Made by a program: the position numbers and the translations under genes
Origin: Marinomonas sp. PE14-40
GTDB lineage: Bacteria; Pseudomonadota; Gammaproteobacteria; Pseudomonadales; Marinomonadaceae
Direction of reading: 5' to 3'
Assembly (NCBI RefSeq): GCF_051623805.1
Contig: NZ_CP130700.1
Span: forward strand, 2,658,047 to 2,682,046
Length of the DNA stretch: 24,000 bases
The notes under the pieces: model-generated
Told to the model about the DNA's origin: nothing
The model's database searches: none
What the model saw: only the letters and a program-made list of their open reading frames with translations
Shown: positions 23,671 through 24,000 of the stretch, in pieces
Layout of the letters: each line of letters opens with the position of its first letter
Numbering within the stretch: position 1 is the first letter of the stretch

Positions 23671-23924
23671 TCACTGGAGAATTCGTCGGTTAGAATACCC
23701 ATCACATCCATGACCAATTTGGCTTTTGGCTGTGAATCTTCATTCACCATCAAGGCTTTCAAGCTTGCATGCTGCTCACTTTTAACCGTTGACGACAAAA
23801 GGTTATAAGCAGGCAAAACCGTTTGGCCTTTCGCCATGGCATCAACAAACTTGTTGTATTCTTTGTCTGTTACCTTAAATTCAAAATCTGTATCACCTAT
23901 GGTGATTTCAATTAGCTGTGCCAT
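23598..23924 (-). CDS. Tail assembly chaperone (gpG/gpE-like)
   Basis: 108 aa small acidic protein directly upstream of the tape measure. It has a strong AAGGAG ribosome-binding site and an overlapping -1 frame ORF (previous feature). Confidence 0.6.
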   Translation of the reverse strand: MAQLIEITIGDTDFEFKVTDKEYNKFVDAMAKGQTVLPAYNLLSSTVKSEQHASLKALMVNEDSQPKAKLVMDVMGILTDEFSSDLPTVVKLRRRSGTASTKMASSNS

Positions 23925-24000
23925 CTTTACTCTCCTTGTACTTGTTTCTGAGCCAATTTTAAGTGCTCTCGTTTAAACCAAAAATTGGTTAAAAATGTTG

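Larger units (their letters stand above)
13559..24000 (-). mobile_element. Phage-derived contractile-tail baseplate/fibre module (prophage end or domesticated tailocin); continues beyond the right edge
   Basis: Fourteen co-directional genes, mostly overlapping or abutting. They encode tail chaperone, tape measure, gpW/J/I-like baseplate, fibres, hub and spike. No integrase, capsid or packaging genes occur in the window. The module ends 360 bp upstream of trpG. Confidence 0.6.

Noticed and set aside
23313-23808. Plus-strand ORFs of 126 aa and 78 aa overlapping the tape-measure start, the chaperone and the frameshift region.
   Set aside because: They are antisense to a strongly supported chaperone/tape-measure junction. 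The composition (Pro/Ser/Cys/Phe-rich) looks like a shadow frame. The minus-strand -1 frame ORF explains the lack of stops in this area better.
13559-24000. Extracellular contractile injection system (Afp/PVC/MAC-like) or a T6SS-related cluster.
   Set aside because: The tape measure has the typical phage hydrophobic core, and gpW/J/I-like order and Tail-Collar/Tfa-type fibres point to a phage or tailocin tail. No AAA+ ATPase, toxin cargo or TssA-M-type genes occur in the window. This cannot be fully excluded without the upstream region.
1-24000. CRISPR arrays, long tandem repeats, IS elements or rRNA genes.
   Set aside because: No regularly spaced direct repeats, transposase-like ORFs or terminal inverted repeats were noticed on visual inspection. 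A repeat-finder would be needed to exclude short or degenerate elements.

Overview
AT-rich chromosomal segment, probably from a marine gammaproteobacterium with a polar flagellum (taxon is a low-confidence guess). All calls come from reading the sequence and ORF track by eye; no searches were run. There are four blocks. (1) 1-5137 is a flagellar/chemotaxis locus. cheV-cheR-flgB-flgC-flgD lie on the minus strand, with flgD truncated at the left edge and missing from the ORF track. flgA-flgM-flgN diverge on the plus strand. A sigma54-type promoter precedes flgB, a near-consensus sigma28 promoter precedes flgM, and a terminator follows cheR. (2) 5211-10298 holds a tRNA-Arg(CCT) and a tightly packed five-gene plus-strand operon ending at a bidirectional terminator. 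Its genes are a DedA-family membrane protein, a membrane-anchored ATP-grasp ligase, an OlsF-like PlsC+GNAT bifunctional acyltransferase, a DinB-like protein and an NRDE/TANGO2-like protein. This is a candidate amino-lipid pathway of unclear head group. (3) 10332-13198 holds trpG-trpD-trpC plus a tightly appended OsmC-family gene on the minus strand. (4) 13559-24000 is a phage-derived contractile-tail baseplate/fibre module on the minus strand. It contains a tail assembly chaperone with a -1 frame extension, a tape measure, gpW/J/I-like baseplate proteins and a short collar-type fibre stub. Three divergent receptor-binding proteins follow, sharing one N-terminal motif, then accessory proteins and finally hub and spike genes. 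The module ends 360 bp upstream of trpG. That is the position occupied by R/F-type tailocins in Pseudomonas, which are inserted between trpE and trpG. The most interesting candidates are the tailocin-like placement and the triple receptor-binding cassette. No CRISPR array, transposase, integrase or obvious defence genes were seen.
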